A stretch of 64,000 bases of DNA from Fibrobacterales bacterium (GCA_051532035.1 JAOPTW010000036.1:32001-96000), one strand, 5' to 3'; shown: positions 1 through 10,838, counted from the first letter of the stretch. The notes: generated by a model from the letters alone, not told the origin. Made by a program: numbers and translations.

Positions 1-2
1 CA

Positions 3-275
3 TTTGAAAACTCAGCAGTTATAGACTGGATGGTTAAAGGGGCACAGCCTTCTGATACCGTTAAATCTCTTCTTAAACAAGCTGGCATTTATGCAATGTA
101 CGTTGCAGCCAAAAAAGGTGAAGACATTAGCAACTTTGTTGTGACTCCTAAGCCTCTTGTTGAAAAAGAGAAAAAACCAAGTAAAAAAGCTCTCGCGAAA
201 ATCGAAGCAGAAAAAGAAGCCGCTGCTGCTGAGGCTGCTGCCGCAGAAGCACCTGCTGAAGAAGCTGCAAAATAA
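3..275 (+). CDS. rpsP: 30S ribosomal protein S16, 5'-truncated by window edge, with Ala/Glu/Lys-rich C-terminal extension
   Basis: Frame is open from nt 3 (FENSAVIDWMVKGAQPSDTVKSLL), matching the S16 W..GAQPSDTV..LL motif; lies upstream of rimM-trmD-rplS. Confidence 0.93.
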   Translation, partial: FENSAVIDWMVKGAQPSDTVKSLLKQAGIYAMYVAAKKGEDISNFVVTPKPLVEKEKKPSKKALAKIEAEKEAAAAEAAAAEAPAEEAAK

Positions 276-289
276 TCAAGGATCGGGTA

Positions 290-841
290 TTGGACTTCAA
301 CCCGAATGATTACACAGCAGTTGGAAAACTGCTGAAGCCTTTTGCCGTAAAAGGTGAGATCAAGGTCATGCCATTGACCTTTGATCTCGATCGGCTCTCT
401 CTTTTGAATAAAATATTTATTCAATCTCCTCGAAAAGCTTCAGACATTAAAGAACTGACGATTGAGTCAGCTCGCACTAAACAAGACCTCTGGTTTGTTA
501 AGTTTGAAGAAATTACAAGCCCAGAAGATGCCAAACGATTTAACGGATGGATCATCCTCATTCATAATGACGAACGCCTACCACTCGAAGAAGGTGAATT
601 TTATTTATCTGACCTCGAAGGCTTTCAGGTTGAATCATCTGGAGGCACAGACCTCGGAACGGTAAAAGAAGTCATTGAATACCCCACAGCTAATACCTTC
701 CACATCAAATACCAAGGTCAAGACATCATGGCCCCCTGGATAGATGAGTGTATTGTAGACATCGATGATACGCGTCAGGTCGTTATAGTTAATACGCATT
801 TTCTCAGTGAAACTTATGAGTTCCTCAAAAGCATCGAATAG
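290..841 (+). CDS. rimM: Ribosome maturation factor RimM
   Basis: VGKLLKPFAVKGE N-terminus, LEEGEFYLSDLEG and PRC-barrel C-terminus; canonical operon position; TTG start. Confidence 0.93.
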   Translation: MDFNPNDYTAVGKLLKPFAVKGEIKVMPLTFDLDRLSLLNKIFIQSPRKASDIKELTIESARTKQDLWFVKFEEITSPEDAKRFNGWIILIHNDERLPLEEGEFYLSDLEGFQVESSGGTDLGTVKEVIEYPTANTFHIKYQGQDIMAPWIDECIVDIDDTRQVVIVNTHFLSETYEFLKSIE

Positions 842-848
842 GTGCTCT

Positions 849-1517
849 ATGCTCAACATTAATATAATTACACTCTTCCCCGAAATGTTCCAAGTACTGG
901 GACATTCAATTATAGGTCGAGCCCAAGAGAGAGAGGTTATTGATTTAAGCCTTATCGACCTCAGGGATTATGCTATTAATAAATATGGTCAAGTTGACAG
1001 CACTCCTTATGGTGGTGAGGCAGGTATGGTACTCAGACCAGAACCTATTGCTGATGCAATAAAAGCATCTCACAAAGAACCTGGTATCGTCGTGTACATG
1101 ACTCCTCAAGGCAAAGTGTTTAATCAAGCTATGGCCAAAGAGTTTGCCAAAGCCGAAAACATCACCATTATATGCGGTCACTACAAAGGTATCGATGAGC
1201 GCGTCTGTGACAAGTACGTAACCCACGAAGTAAGTATTGGGGATTATGTTCTTACCGGCGGAGAACTAGGCGCTATGGTGGTTGTAGACGCAACAACGCG
1301 TATGATTACGGGGGCTCTTGGCAACCAAGACTCGGCAACCTCTGATTCTTTTTATGAAAACCGCCTTGCATGGCCCGTTTATACCCGACCACGTGAATTT
1401 GAAGAGATGAAAGTTCCCGACGTACTCCTTTCAGGCGATCATAAAAAAATTAAACAATGGCAAAATGATCAAAGTATGAAGCGTACTCAAGAAAGACGCC
1501 CTGACCTTCTTAAATAA
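849..1517 (+). CDS. trmD: tRNA (guanine37-N1)-methyltransferase
   Basis: ITLFPEMF, PYGGEAGMV, ICGHYKGIDER, SIGDYVLTGGE, VPDVLLSGDH, RRPDLL; start moved to ATG 849. Confidence 0.97.
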   Translation: MLNINIITLFPEMFQVLGHSIIGRAQEREVIDLSLIDLRDYAINKYGQVDSTPYGGEAGMVLRPEPIADAIKASHKEPGIVVYMTPQGKVFNQAMAKEFAKAENITIICGHYKGIDERVCDKYVTHEVSIGDYVLTGGELGAMVVVDATTRMITGALGNQDSATSDSFYENRLAWPVYTRPREFEEMKVPDVLLSGDHKKIKQWQNDQSMKRTQERRPDLLK

Positions 1518-1706
1518 CTTTTCTTTACAAAAACAGCGATTCTAAGCATCTAACAACATAATTTTATAATTATTGAAATGATTCTATTATTTTAATGAGA
1601 TCTCATATTAAATTCGTGGCATCGGGTGGGATTTTGTTGTAAAATAAATTATATTTGCTTCGTTAGAAAAAAGAGTGACTATTTTTAGTTAAAAGGAATT
1701 TTAACG

Positions 1707-2051
1707 ATGTCAGTGACATTAGAACAAATTAATAAAGAAAATACTAAAGCGGACCTTCCAGGAGTTAGAGCAGGTGATACTGTTACTGTGAACTTCAAAG
1801 TTATTGAAGGTAACAAAGAGAGAATTCAGCCTTTTAAAGGCGTAGTAATTCAGCTCAAAAATGCTGGAATTGCAAAAACTATTACTGTAAGAAAAATATC
1901 TGGCCAAATTGCGGTTGAGAGAATTTTTCCTGTACATTCACCACGTGTTGATTCTATTGTAGTAGAGCGCAAAGGTAAAGTTCGTCAAGCGAAAATTTAC
2001 TACATGCGTGAAAGAAGCGGTAAATCAGCTCGTATTAAAGAGAGAAAATAG
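1707..2051 (+). CDS. rplS: 50S ribosomal protein L19
   Basis: [61 protein letters not shown] upstream. Confidence 0.98.
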   Translation: MSVTLEQINKENTKADLPGVRAGDTVTVNFKVIEGNKERIQPFKGVVIQLKNAGIAKTITVRKISGQIAVERIFPVHSPRVDSIVVERKGKVRQAKIYYMRERSGKSARIKERK

Positions 2052-2084
2052 TAACTATCCAATAGTCACTATTTCAACAAGGGA

Positions 2085-2768
2085 ATGCAAGCTAACGCAA
2101 GAGTCAATTTAATAGATTCTTCAAGCCCGCTTAAAACCGGTCGGCGTAAGATTGTTATTCCCAAAAAAACTTTCAAGACTAATGAAGAACTCTTTGCCGA
2201 AGGTGATGTCGGTAAAGAGCTTTTTATTATTCAGAATGGTGAAGTAGTTATATCTACAGGACATCCTCCGGAAGATATTGAACTAGCCAGACTTGGAAAA
2301 GGTGCTATAATTGGTGAAATGGCTCTTATAGACCGCCAGCCCCGTTCAGCAACCGCTACAGCAACAGAAGCCACTACAGTAACTATCATTAACGAAATGA
2401 CCTTTGCCCTCATGCTTAAAAAGCTACCTGGCTGGCTCACTGCAGTTATTAAGATTATTGATTCTCGTATTAGAAACACCAATAAGATGGTCGATAAACC
2501 ACTCTTTAAAAAAGTGGATAAAAGTCTCGGACTCTTTTTACTCTCTAAATGTAAAGAGGATAGCGAAACAATGAAAGCAAACTGGATGAACTTCGACACA
2601 ATGAAACTTGTGGATGAGTATTGCTATCTGACCCGCGCCAATAAAAAACAGTTTCAGACTGCGATTAATACCCTCAAATTAAAAGGAATATTAATGGCTG
2701 AAGATCGGTATAACCAAAAAATGACAGTTTCGGATATTGAAGAGCTCGAGCAATTCTGCAGCACTTAG
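2085..2768 (+). CDS. Cyclic-nucleotide-binding (Crp/Fnr-like) protein
   Basis: LFAEGD...LFIIQNGEV...GEMALIDRQPRSATATA cNMP cassette, followed by a C-helix and possible winged-helix tail. Confidence 0.85.
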   Translation: MQANARVNLIDSSSPLKTGRRKIVIPKKTFKTNEELFAEGDVGKELFIIQNGEVVISTGHPPEDIELARLGKGAIIGEMALIDRQPRSATATATEATTVTIINEMTFALMLKKLPGWLTAVIKIIDSRIRNTNKMVDKPLFKKVDKSLGLFLLSKCKEDSETMKANWMNFDTMKLVDEYCYLTRANKKQFQTAINTLKLKGILMAEDRYNQKMTVSDIEELEQFCST

Positions 2769-2913
2769 TACCCCAACCCCTCTCCCACATAAACAACGTG
2801 CCATTGAATGATTGTAGCAATTACTTCTACTACAATCAATATGCAGAAACTCTTCTAGCGTTCAAACTTATTTTTTACTATAATAGAGTATAAGAACATA
2901 TCAGATTTGAGAC

Positions 2914-3891
2914 ATGTCAAAACCAGCAACCAATGCAAGTGGTACTTTTAAAGCGAATGAATATCTCTTTGCCGAGGGTGATATGGGTAATGAGATGTAT
3001 ATTATTCGTAGTGGTGAAGTGTCCATTATCATTAAAGAGGGCGAGAAGAGCGTTACAGTTGCAAGCCTTGGCCCAGGTTCTGTTCTTGGAGAACTTTCAC
3101 TCTTTGACAATGAGCCTCGGTCTGCATCCGCTATGGCCACCCAAGAAACACAAGTGGTTACCATTAATAGAGCCATACTCGAAGCGACCTATAAAAAAAT
3201 TCCACCATGGCTTGTGAGTATCATCAAAATTTTAGTATCACGACTCCGAGACACCACCCATAAAAAATACCAACAAGACTTAAAGCACTGCCTCCCCTCA
3301 CTATTGAGAGTCCTCATTACCCACAAAGGTGAAGAGGAAGTTCTTATATCTCAAATTGTGGCAGAAGTTGAATCCCTCTATGGGCTCCCCCAAGATGGTA
3401 CGCAACGCCTCCTTTCAGGGCTCTACAACGTGAGTCTTATAGACATGGATTCAGATGTTGTTATGGTAAACGACTTTGAAGCTATTGAGATGTATTACCA
3501 ATATCTCTATGCAAGACACAACAATACCCATGTCCCTGAAGAGACTGTAACTACAGAAGAACAGGTTAAAGCGATTGAGTTTTTAAAATACGTTGGCTTT
3601 GAGAAAGGCACAAAGAAAGGTAACGAACTCCAAATTACTATTAATCAATTGGCTCTTGCCCTTAAGAAATCTGACGCCCCCATGGATGAACCTACATTCA
3701 GAGATGCACTCGACACCCTCACCGAAAATGGTGTTGTTCGCGAAGATGTAAAGAGAGTTAAAGCGCTGCACTCCACACACTCCGAAAGTATTATTTGTAT
3801 CGAACCAATACGTTTTGACCGCGTATTTAAATTTCGTGAGTATGTTCCCATTTTTAGAATTACAAATTTCCTCGATCTCTGTAACCCATAA
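2914..3891 (+). CDS. Cyclic-nucleotide-binding (Crp/Fnr-like) protein with extended C-terminus
   Basis: LFAEGD...MYIIRSGEV...GELSLFDNEPRSASAMA; PPWLVSIIKILVSRLR resembles the neighbour's PGWLTAVIKIIDSRIR. Confidence 0.85.
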   Translation: MSKPATNASGTFKANEYLFAEGDMGNEMYIIRSGEVSIIIKEGEKSVTVASLGPGSVLGELSLFDNEPRSASAMATQETQVVTINRAILEATYKKIPPWLVSIIKILVSRLRDTTHKKYQQDLKHCLPSLLRVLITHKGEEEVLISQIVAEVESLYGLPQDGTQRLLSGLYNVSLIDMDSDVVMVNDFEAIEMYYQYLYARHNNTHVPEETVTTEEQVKAIEFLKYVGFEKGTKKGNELQITINQLALALKKSDAPMDEPTFRDALDTLTENGVVREDVKRVKALHSTHSESIICIEPIRFDRVFKFREYVPIFRITNFLDLCNP

Positions 3892-3969
3892 TACTTATCC
3901 CTACAATAAGGGCCTCTAAAAATAATTTTTAGAAAGTCCTCAAGTCAAAGTATAAATCTAGTAGAAAAT

Positions 3970-3997
3970 AAAAAGCCCGAATGAATCCGGGCTTTTT
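3970..3997. terminator. Bidirectional intrinsic terminator
   Basis: AAAAAGCCCG-N8-CGGGCTTTTT between convergent genes. Confidence 0.8.
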
Positions 3998-4034
3998 ATC
4001 AACATGTATTGAACTCGCAAATTATACGATATTA

Positions 4035-7000
4035 TTATTTAACGTAGGCTCTATATCTATTCCCTGAAAATATTCCATTAACAGCGCTCCCTAGAGAGAC
4101 ACCATAGACCTGATATGTAGTGCCATTCATAACAGACTCATGCCCTGGACCAACTGAGTGGAGGTGAGTTGAGCCTGTTACAGCTGAATCAATAACCGTA
4201 AAAGTTACTGGTATAGAATCAGACGTGATACCATCAATACCATTATAGTCAATTGTAATAAGAGCGCCATACATGCCTGGATCCAATTGAGTAGCAGAGA
4301 GCTCTACATCAAGCTGCTGTCCAAGTCCAGGCTCTATTATTCCAGATTCTAGAGAGATGTCAATCCATGATACTGAATCACCAATTGAAACATCCTTTAT
4401 AGAGACTGTATAATTGAGTGCTACTCCACCACTATTGATTAAAGTACTCTGTTGAACAATTGTATTTCCTACAAGTGTTGCACGATTAATTTCATCGTGG
4501 GATAGCTGTAATTCTGCTGCACGATAAGACTCTACTGCAATATCAATTGCAAGGGTATCCATCCCCTCAGCATTACTAAAGAGCAGTAATTGCCCTGAGC
4601 TCCTATCAACCATCAACGGCGTATATTCAACCTGCATCAAATATTCACTATGAGCAGGAATAGTAAGTGGGGTTACGAGTGTATTGGTCACACCACTGAG
4701 CGTACATTGATAATCAGTAATTTGGGTATCACTATTACCGGGGTTTCGTAAAACCACCTCTGTAAAACGAGAGCGACCGAGAGGCACTTCACCAAAGTCT
4801 ATGCTATTTGTTGATACTTCAAGCTTTGGAACAGAAATCGACTCAACAATAAGTGTTACCGGTATGATGACTGGATTCACAGTGTCTGGATCATTATGAT
4901 TAAGCTGTAAATCTACGGTGTAAATTCCATCTGCCATTCCTGCTCTATTAAGAGTTAATGCAATAGTATCGCTCTCCCCTGGTTGAACCACTCCACTCTC
5001 TTGTGAGATATCTAAAAAGTGGGTTCCAGTATACAGTAATACTGATAGAGAATCGTGAAGATATGCCGCGTTATACACAACAGTCAATCCATCGTCCTTC
5101 ATACCATTTTGAATACCAACAGTAGCACTTATAGCATCTCCCTCAACCTTAAGGTAGTTGTATTTTATGCTCCCATTTTTAAAGAGTATCATCTGAAAGG
5201 TATAATCATTAACGGTACCGATTTGCCTTACTGAATCATATTGTACAATGACCCGGTCAGTAAAAGCTTCCATATAGATTGTTCCCGAAATACGGGGAAC
5301 GAGGTCATCCCACAAGCCCGCTACTAGATTTGCTGGAGCGTAACGTGAAGGTAACACAACATTACCTAGTGATGAAAGTCCTACTCCAAAATTTACCGTC
5401 CCATTTGAACTGATATGCATTGTAGAAAAGCGATCTCCATACAACTCAAATTCAAAAGGAAGAGGTACTGATTGAAAGCAGTCATCACACGTGGAAATTG
5501 TATCAAGAACCACACCACTCCCACTGATATCCTGCCAAGTAAAAGGAATTCCTGAATTGGCATCTGAGTCTTCCCACAGATACCCATAGGCGTCTGGCCC
5601 ACCAGTACTTACTGCAATAGGATTACCAAAAACGGAGTCCGTCCCCCCTTTGGGAGTCGGTCGATGCCATGAATCCGGATATACCTGAGTAATCGAATTT
5701 GAAGGAGCATAGTGAGTATTTATCATATCGAGCTGATATTGTAACGGAGCTATTCCATCATTGGTAATAATCAAAGAATCCTTATAGATTTCATCCGAGA
5801 GCACCATTGCCTCTACCATACTCTTTGATAGTACTAGCTTTGGAGGTTGCATCCCTTCACCACCAAGGTTCACAACAATCTCTGGATTATTATCAGCATT
5901 ACTCCGAATAGTTAATTCACCATACTCTTGTTGAAATACTGTTGGTGTGAAGGCAATCTTGAGACTATAATCTCCCTGACTCGGAACAGTAAGTGGAAGT
6001 TGATCTACCACACTAAAATGACTATTTGAGCTCGTTATAGAATGAACGGTTGTTGCGTAAGTTCCACTATTTCGCAAAGTAATTGCAATGGTGTCGGTTA
6101 TGCCGATAGCGACGGTATCAAAGGCTATTGAATCTTGAAGTGCTTCAAGGTACGATGTTTGTGCAACGCCTCCTATCCCCACCGCAGCCCATGCTGCCTG
6201 TACCTGCACAGAGCTATACCCAAGTGATGTTGCTGCAAGAATCCATGCATCGCGTGAATCAGCATAGTTTGCATTACTTGAAAGGTTATACATATTTGCA
6301 TGCATTGCAATTTCACCTGCTTGCTCAATACCCATACCGGTAACGGTATAAGGAGTTCCATTATTTACTCCGGTACCACCCTCAGCGAGTAGGTAAAATA
6401 CATAATTCTGTACGCCACTATTGGTATGAACACCACCATTATCACCACTTCCTGTGTACCAGTAAGGGCCTTGATAAAATTGCGGCTGGCTAAAACGGGT
6501 AGGGCTTTTCATATCTCGAAGTGCAGCCCTGCTGACCCAACTATCTTCACCGATCAACCAATCAGAATCACCACCTTGACTTTGGGGATATTCATGCCGA
6601 CCATCATTTTGTGCATAAAACTCAATGAGTGCACCAATGATATCTGAAAAGGATTCGTTCAATGCACCTGACTCATAAGAGTAGGCTAAATTTGATGAGT
6701 ATGTAGTAATTGCATGTCCATATTCATGTGCAGCAATATCAAGTACGGTCAATGGATTTGCAGTAGTCCCATTGCCATCACCAAAATAGAGCCCTGACCC
6801 ATTCCAATAGGCATTCACATAATTGGTACCCGTATGAACATGGCAGTGTATTATTGTTCCATTATCATCATAGCTATCTAACCCCATAACAGTGGAAACA
6901 TATTCTTGAATTGTTTCAATGTTTTTGGCTAATGAAATCGCTGCAGGATCACTCACTCCCCAATCATCACTTGAATTAAATTCCCAATCATTGGTATTGT

Positions 7001-7826
7001 CGTTGGTGATTTTCCATTTATTGAGCGCGTTATAAAGATAGTAGTTCGTATATACATCAATCCATCCTTCGATACTGACTCTCTGCCCCGCTTCATCAGG
7101 AAGCATAGTACCCTGTACTGTGTGAGTTTGCCCCCCACTTGGTGCAGCATGAATTATCTGATTTTCAATAAAAAGCTCTTCTCCAGTAAATGCATCAACA
7201 TAAACTTTCCAACGCCCCTCTACCGCTGTTGTCGTATCACTAAACGTTCTTTGCCACGCTACCACCCCATCAAAGACAGTCAACTCTTCTGACTCCATAT
7301 GCATTGTTTCATTGCTAAAACTTCCGACCTGGGGTCCATTTGCACTCATCAATATTTTAAATAAGTTCACTTCAAGGTCGAGGTTTTTTGCTACTCCCCC
7401 TGAAACGGCATACACCTTATTTTCACTATTGATGTGCACAATGATGTCGCCACCAATGACGGGAATATTTTTGAATCGCTGCTGTAAGCGAATATGAGTA
7501 TTACCACGCTTATCTTTTTTTGTCGAGATTTCTTCCATTATAGAGAAGTGATCAGCTAATTGAGTATTGAGACGCTCAATTACTTCTCCTTTGATCTCTC
7601 CATTTAATGAGACCATTCGAGCCATGATTGATTCTCCTGTACTTTTAAGATCATCAATCGTCACTTCCGTTAAATTTTTAAGCCCTTTTTCAAATGGGTT
7701 GTTCGTTAAAAAGGGTACTGTACTCTCTTCTTCCGGTGTAACCGCCCATGTTGTCTGCATAGTAATGAGTACTATACAAACAACATACCACAATACGGAA
7801 AAATGAAATTGTCTGAATATTTTCAT
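4035..7826 (-). CDS. Secreted M4 (thermolysin-family) zinc metalloprotease with FTP/PepSY propeptide, several Ig-like (choice-of-anchor-D/ASPM-like) domains and a NIDO-like domain
   Basis: Signal peptide; YVNAYWNG, HEYGH (HExxH), GALNESFSD and DNGGVHTNSG motifs; repeated FDTV/DFGEV...LRN.G...SNA Ig-like units; start ATG 7826 with SD AAGGA. Confidence 0.9.
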   Translation of the reverse strand: MKIFRQFHFSVLWYVVCIVLITMQTTWAVTPEEESTVPFLTNNPFEKGLKNLTEVTIDDLKSTGESIMARMVSLNGEIKGEVIERLNTQLADHFSIMEEISTKKDKRGNTHIRLQQRFKNIPVIGGDIIVHINSENKVYAVSGGVAKNLDLEVNLFKILMSANGPQVGSFSNETMHMESEELTVFDGVVAWQRTFSDTTTAVEGRWKVYVDAFTGEELFIENQIIHAAPSGGQTHTVQGTMLPDEAGQRVSIEGWIDVYTNYYLYNALNKWKITNDNTNDWEFNSSDDWGVSDPAAISLAKNIETIQEYVSTVMGLDSYDDNGTIIHCHVHTGTNYVNAYWNGSGLYFGDGNGTTANPLTVLDIAAHEYGHAITTYSSNLAYSYESGALNESFSDIIGALIEFYAQNDGRHEYPQSQGGDSDWLIGEDSWVSRAALRDMKSPTRFSQPQFYQGPYWYTGSGDNGGVHTNSGVQNYVFYLLAEGGTGVNNGTPYTVTGMGIEQAGEIAMHANMYNLSSNANYADSRDAWILAATSLGYSSVQVQAAWAAVGIGGVAQTSYLEALQDSIAFDTVAIGITDTIAITLRNSGTYATTVHSITSSNSHFSVVDQLPLTVPSQGDYSLKIAFTPTVFQQEYGELTIRSNADNNPEIVVNLGGEGMQPPKLVLSKSMVEAMVLSDEIYKDSLIITNDGIAPLQYQLDMINTHYAPSNSITQVYPDSWHRPTPKGGTDSVFGNPIAVSTGGPDAYGYLWEDSDANSGIPFTWQDISGSGVVLDTISTCDDCFQSVPLPFEFELYGDRFSTMHISSNGTVNFGVGLSSLGNVVLPSRYAPANLVAGLWDDLVPRISGTIYMEAFTDRVIVQYDSVRQIGTVNDYTFQMILFKNGSIKYNYLKVEGDAISATVGIQNGMKDDGLTVVYNAAYLHDSLSVLLYTGTHFLDISQESGVVQPGESDTIALTLNRAGMADGIYTVDLQLNHNDPDTVNPVIIPVTLIVESISVPKLEVSTNSIDFGEVPLGRSRFTEVVLRNPGNSDTQITDYQCTLSGVTNTLVTPLTIPAHSEYLMQVEYTPLMVDRSSGQLLLFSNAEGMDTLAIDIAVESYRAAELQLSHDEINRATLVGNTIVQQSTLINSGGVALNYTVSIKDVSIGDSVSWIDISLESGIIEPGLGQQLDVELSATQLDPGMYGALITIDYNGIDGITSDSIPVTFTVIDSAVTGSTHLHSVGPGHESVMNGTTYQVYGVSLGSAVNGIFSGNRYRAYVK

Positions 7827-7863
7827 CTTTAATTCCTTGTTAACTGGTTTGCGTAACTGTTTG

Positions 7864-10605
7864 TTACTCAACAATAATCCACTGTAAATTTATTTTGAGC
7901 CATGTAGAACCGTCAAGAGTATTCACACAATAAGTTCCTATAGCTGCAGTTACTCCAAGGTTATTAGGCTCTCCTGCTACTTCTAACACTGTTGGCACTG
8001 TCGCTACTGAACTTGGTGCTGTAAGTGAATAGGGTGATGCTGTCATTGGTGTACGAGGAGAAAGAACATCAGGAGTTCCATCGTTAACAGTAAGTTCCAC
8101 CCAGATACGAGCATTATTACTCACTACTTGCTGGAGGTTGACCGTTGCTACTCCTTCACCAAGGCGCACTACAAAGTGACCATTGCTCACTGTAATTGCT
8201 TCACCATTACTCTCAAGAAAATTTTCTGTATAGAGAATATTTCCTCCCGCTTCAGCAGTAAAGAGAGATACAGAAAAGTCAATATTTACAGGAACTGGAT
8301 TCCCAAGTGGCGTTCCATTTGTATCATAGAGCTCACCTGCAATTGCAATTTTTTTATTTTCAGGAACTGTTGCTAATACTGTAAGAAGAACGGTATTTGT
8401 AGTATCTGAACCAAGAGTGTTCGTTACTATAGCAAAAAAGTGGGTACTATCATCAGATCTCTGGAGTATTGGAGTAGTATAGCTCTCTGATACTGCTCCT
8501 GTAATAGCAACACCCTCTCTATACCATTGATAAGACAATGGCCCTGTACCCGTAGCAACAAAGTTAAACAGTACTGCTTTGCCCTCTTTAGTCGTTTGAG
8601 AAACTGGTTCGGTTATAACTACTGGTGGTACCGGGATCGTTGATACTAAAAGAGTGGCATCATCACTCACTACTAATCCTGCAATGTTAGATACTGTAAC
8701 AGAGTAGCGGGTACTATCATCAGCAATTGTTGCTGCGGCTGAAATATATTGAGCACTGGTTGCACCTGCTAAAGCTATTCCATTTTTATACCATTGATAC
8801 TGAACAGAAGAACCAACAGCACTGACACTAAAAGTAGCCATTCCACCAACGAGTACGCTTTGATCTTGAGGTTGTGCTGTTATAACAGGAGCAATAGCAT
8901 TAATAGTGATTGTTACTACGGCGCTATTTGAGTATGTCGTTGCATCCTTTGCTCTATAAGTAAATGAATCAACGCCTGCATAGTATTGATCAGGAGTATA
9001 AGTAAATGACCCGTCACTATTAAGAGCGAGACTTCCATGGGCTACGTCATTGCTGAGTTCAACAGTTAATAGATCAGTGTCGACATCAGTATCATTACTG
9101 AGAAGCCCTGGAGCATTAACTGTTACTGTACTATTTTCGGAAACGGTAACTGCATCATTTGACGCTACCGGCGCATCATTTTGACCCGCGATATCAAATA
9201 CAACAAAGGCGATATTTGACGCATCTGTACCATCATAAGCAGTATATGAGAAGCTGTCTAGACCAAAAAAGTTTACATCTGGAGAATAGGAAAATGAACC
9301 ATTCGACTGAAGCTGTACTGTACCGTTATGAGCTGGTGATACAAGAACCGCAGTCAAAGCATCTCCCTCTAAATCACTGTCATTTGCAAGAACGCCCGAA
9401 GCAGCAACAACAAGTGTAGAGTCTTCATGGAGAGAATAATGGTCATGTGCAGCAATAGGTGCATCATTCACAGAAGTTACTACCAGTTGAACCACTACTG
9501 TATCAGTATATGCCACACCATCAAATGCACGATAGCTAAACTGAGTTGTTCCGTGCCAATCTGTTACAGGGCTATATTCAAAAGAGCCATTACTATCAAG
9601 AATAAGGACACCAGAGGTAACCGCTGATACTAATTCTACTGTTAATCGATCATTATCAGGATCGGTATCATTACTCAATACGCCTGGAGCTCCTACAGTG
9701 AGAGTATTTTCTTCTAATGTTGAGTAAGAATCTGAAAGTCCAGTAGGTGCATCATTGACTCCATTAACCGTTAAGCTAACCGTTACAGGGCCTGAATAAG
9801 CAATACCATCAAAAGCGCGATAAGAGAATGAGGTTGCTCCAAAAAAGTTATGATCAGGTACAAATACAAATGAGCCATTACTATTGAGGGTCACTGTTCC
9901 GTTTGCACTCTGTTGTGTAATAGATGCCGTTAATGCATCACCATCATCATCAGTATCATTGCTCAAAACACCCGAACCATTCACCGTAAGAGAGTGGTCT
10001 TCATCTACAGAATATGATTCACTGCGAGCAATTGGTGCTGTATTACCAATTCCCGAAGCTTCTATATGATTAATACGGTGCTCCATAGCAATAAAGCCTG
10101 GAGCTTTATATTCCAGCTTCAATGATGATACGGCGTTGAGATTAGCACCAAAGTCTTTGAGCGGAATAGTAACATCAGACATTGATCCACGAAGTGAGCC
10201 ATAGTCACCCAAAATCACGCTATGCCAGCTCCCATCATAGAGACTTACATGAAGATGTTCTGCAACATCTCGGGGAGCGCTACTGGTCATAACAAGATCT
10301 GCAAGACCAGAAAGGTCCGGTACACCCATTTGAATGACACCAGTCTTACCATTGGTACCACCCCAAAGGTACACATAGCCAACTGTTCCCCCTTCAATAT
10401 TTACATTATTAAACCCATTACGGGTCATAGGAAGTCTATGAGGAGTAGTCTTTAGGCCGGTCCAATCTTGTGCACTATTAAAACTATTAATAATTACTGG
10501 ATTTGCATAAACTTCCATCACTGCTAAACATAAGAACATTAGAATTATTAGATACTGTTTAGAAAATAGGTTGAATGTATCGGTATTGTGTGCTTTCTTT
10601 TTCAC
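7864..10605 (-). CDS. Secreted adhesin-like protein: possible carbohydrate-binding N-domain, 4 cadherin-like (tandem-95/VCBS-type) repeats, 2 Ig domains and a C-terminal fibre-base-like domain
   Basis: GTG start with SD GAGGGG; signal peptide; four units of N.AP.A....Y...E...L.V...G.L.ND.D.D.D.LT...G...L..NGSF.Y.P; two P.I...P..Q....G..A.F...A.G....YQWY units. Confidence 0.82.
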   Translation of the reverse strand: MKKKAHNTDTFNLFSKQYLIILMFLCLAVMEVYANPVIINSFNSAQDWTGLKTTPHRLPMTRNGFNNVNIEGGTVGYVYLWGGTNGKTGVIQMGVPDLSGLADLVMTSSAPRDVAEHLHVSLYDGSWHSVILGDYGSLRGSMSDVTIPLKDFGANLNAVSSLKLEYKAPGFIAMEHRINHIEASGIGNTAPIARSESYSVDEDHSLTVNGSGVLSNDTDDDGDALTASITQQSANGTVTLNSNGSFVFVPDHNFFGATSFSYRAFDGIAYSGPVTVSLTVNGVNDAPTGLSDSYSTLEENTLTVGAPGVLSNDTDPDNDRLTVELVSAVTSGVLILDSNGSFEYSPVTDWHGTTQFSYRAFDGVAYTDTVVVQLVVTSVNDAPIAAHDHYSLHEDSTLVVAASGVLANDSDLEGDALTAVLVSPAHNGTVQLQSNGSFSYSPDVNFFGLDSFSYTAYDGTDASNIAFVVFDIAGQNDAPVASNDAVTVSENSTVTVNAPGLLSNDTDVDTDLLTVELSNDVAHGSLALNSDGSFTYTPDQYYAGVDSFTYRAKDATTYSNSAVVTITINAIAPVITAQPQDQSVLVGGMATFSVSAVGSSVQYQWYKNGIALAGATSAQYISAAATIADDSTRYSVTVSNIAGLVVSDDATLLVSTIPVPPVVITEPVSQTTKEGKAVLFNFVATGTGPLSYQWYREGVAITGAVSESYTTPILQRSDDSTHFFAIVTNTLGSDTTNTVLLTVLATVPENKKIAIAGELYDTNGTPLGNPVPVNIDFSVSLFTAEAGGNILYTENFLESNGEAITVSNGHFVVRLGEGVATVNLQQVVSNNARIWVELTVNDGTPDVLSPRTPMTASPYSLTAPSSVATVPTVLEVAGEPNNLGVTAAIGTYCVNTLDGSTWLKINLQWIIVE

Positions 10606-10838
10606 GGATTTATCCCCTCAAATTGTGTAGACCATTTAATGCCAGTATATACCCATTCTTTATGTTTATATACCGCACATTGCAATTGTGTCGGTCAGTT
10701 ATTTACCCCAATGCACATATGACTGCCTGTGTGTGAGTAGTCAAGGCCCCCTAAGAGTAGAAAGAATTTAGTTGTTCAAAAACGAGTAACCCATTAGTTT
10801 ACACTATCCTTGTACTGAAATGTTTACATTTAGTTCAT

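Noticed and set aside
10712..10725. TGCACATATG as a third LexA box
   Set aside because: The right half reads GACTG, not GTGCA, and no repair gene is adjacent
10606..10838. Riboswitch (e.g. c-di-GMP) in the adhesin leader
   Set aside because: I could not identify the conserved aptamer motifs on either strand; an Rfam scan would be needed
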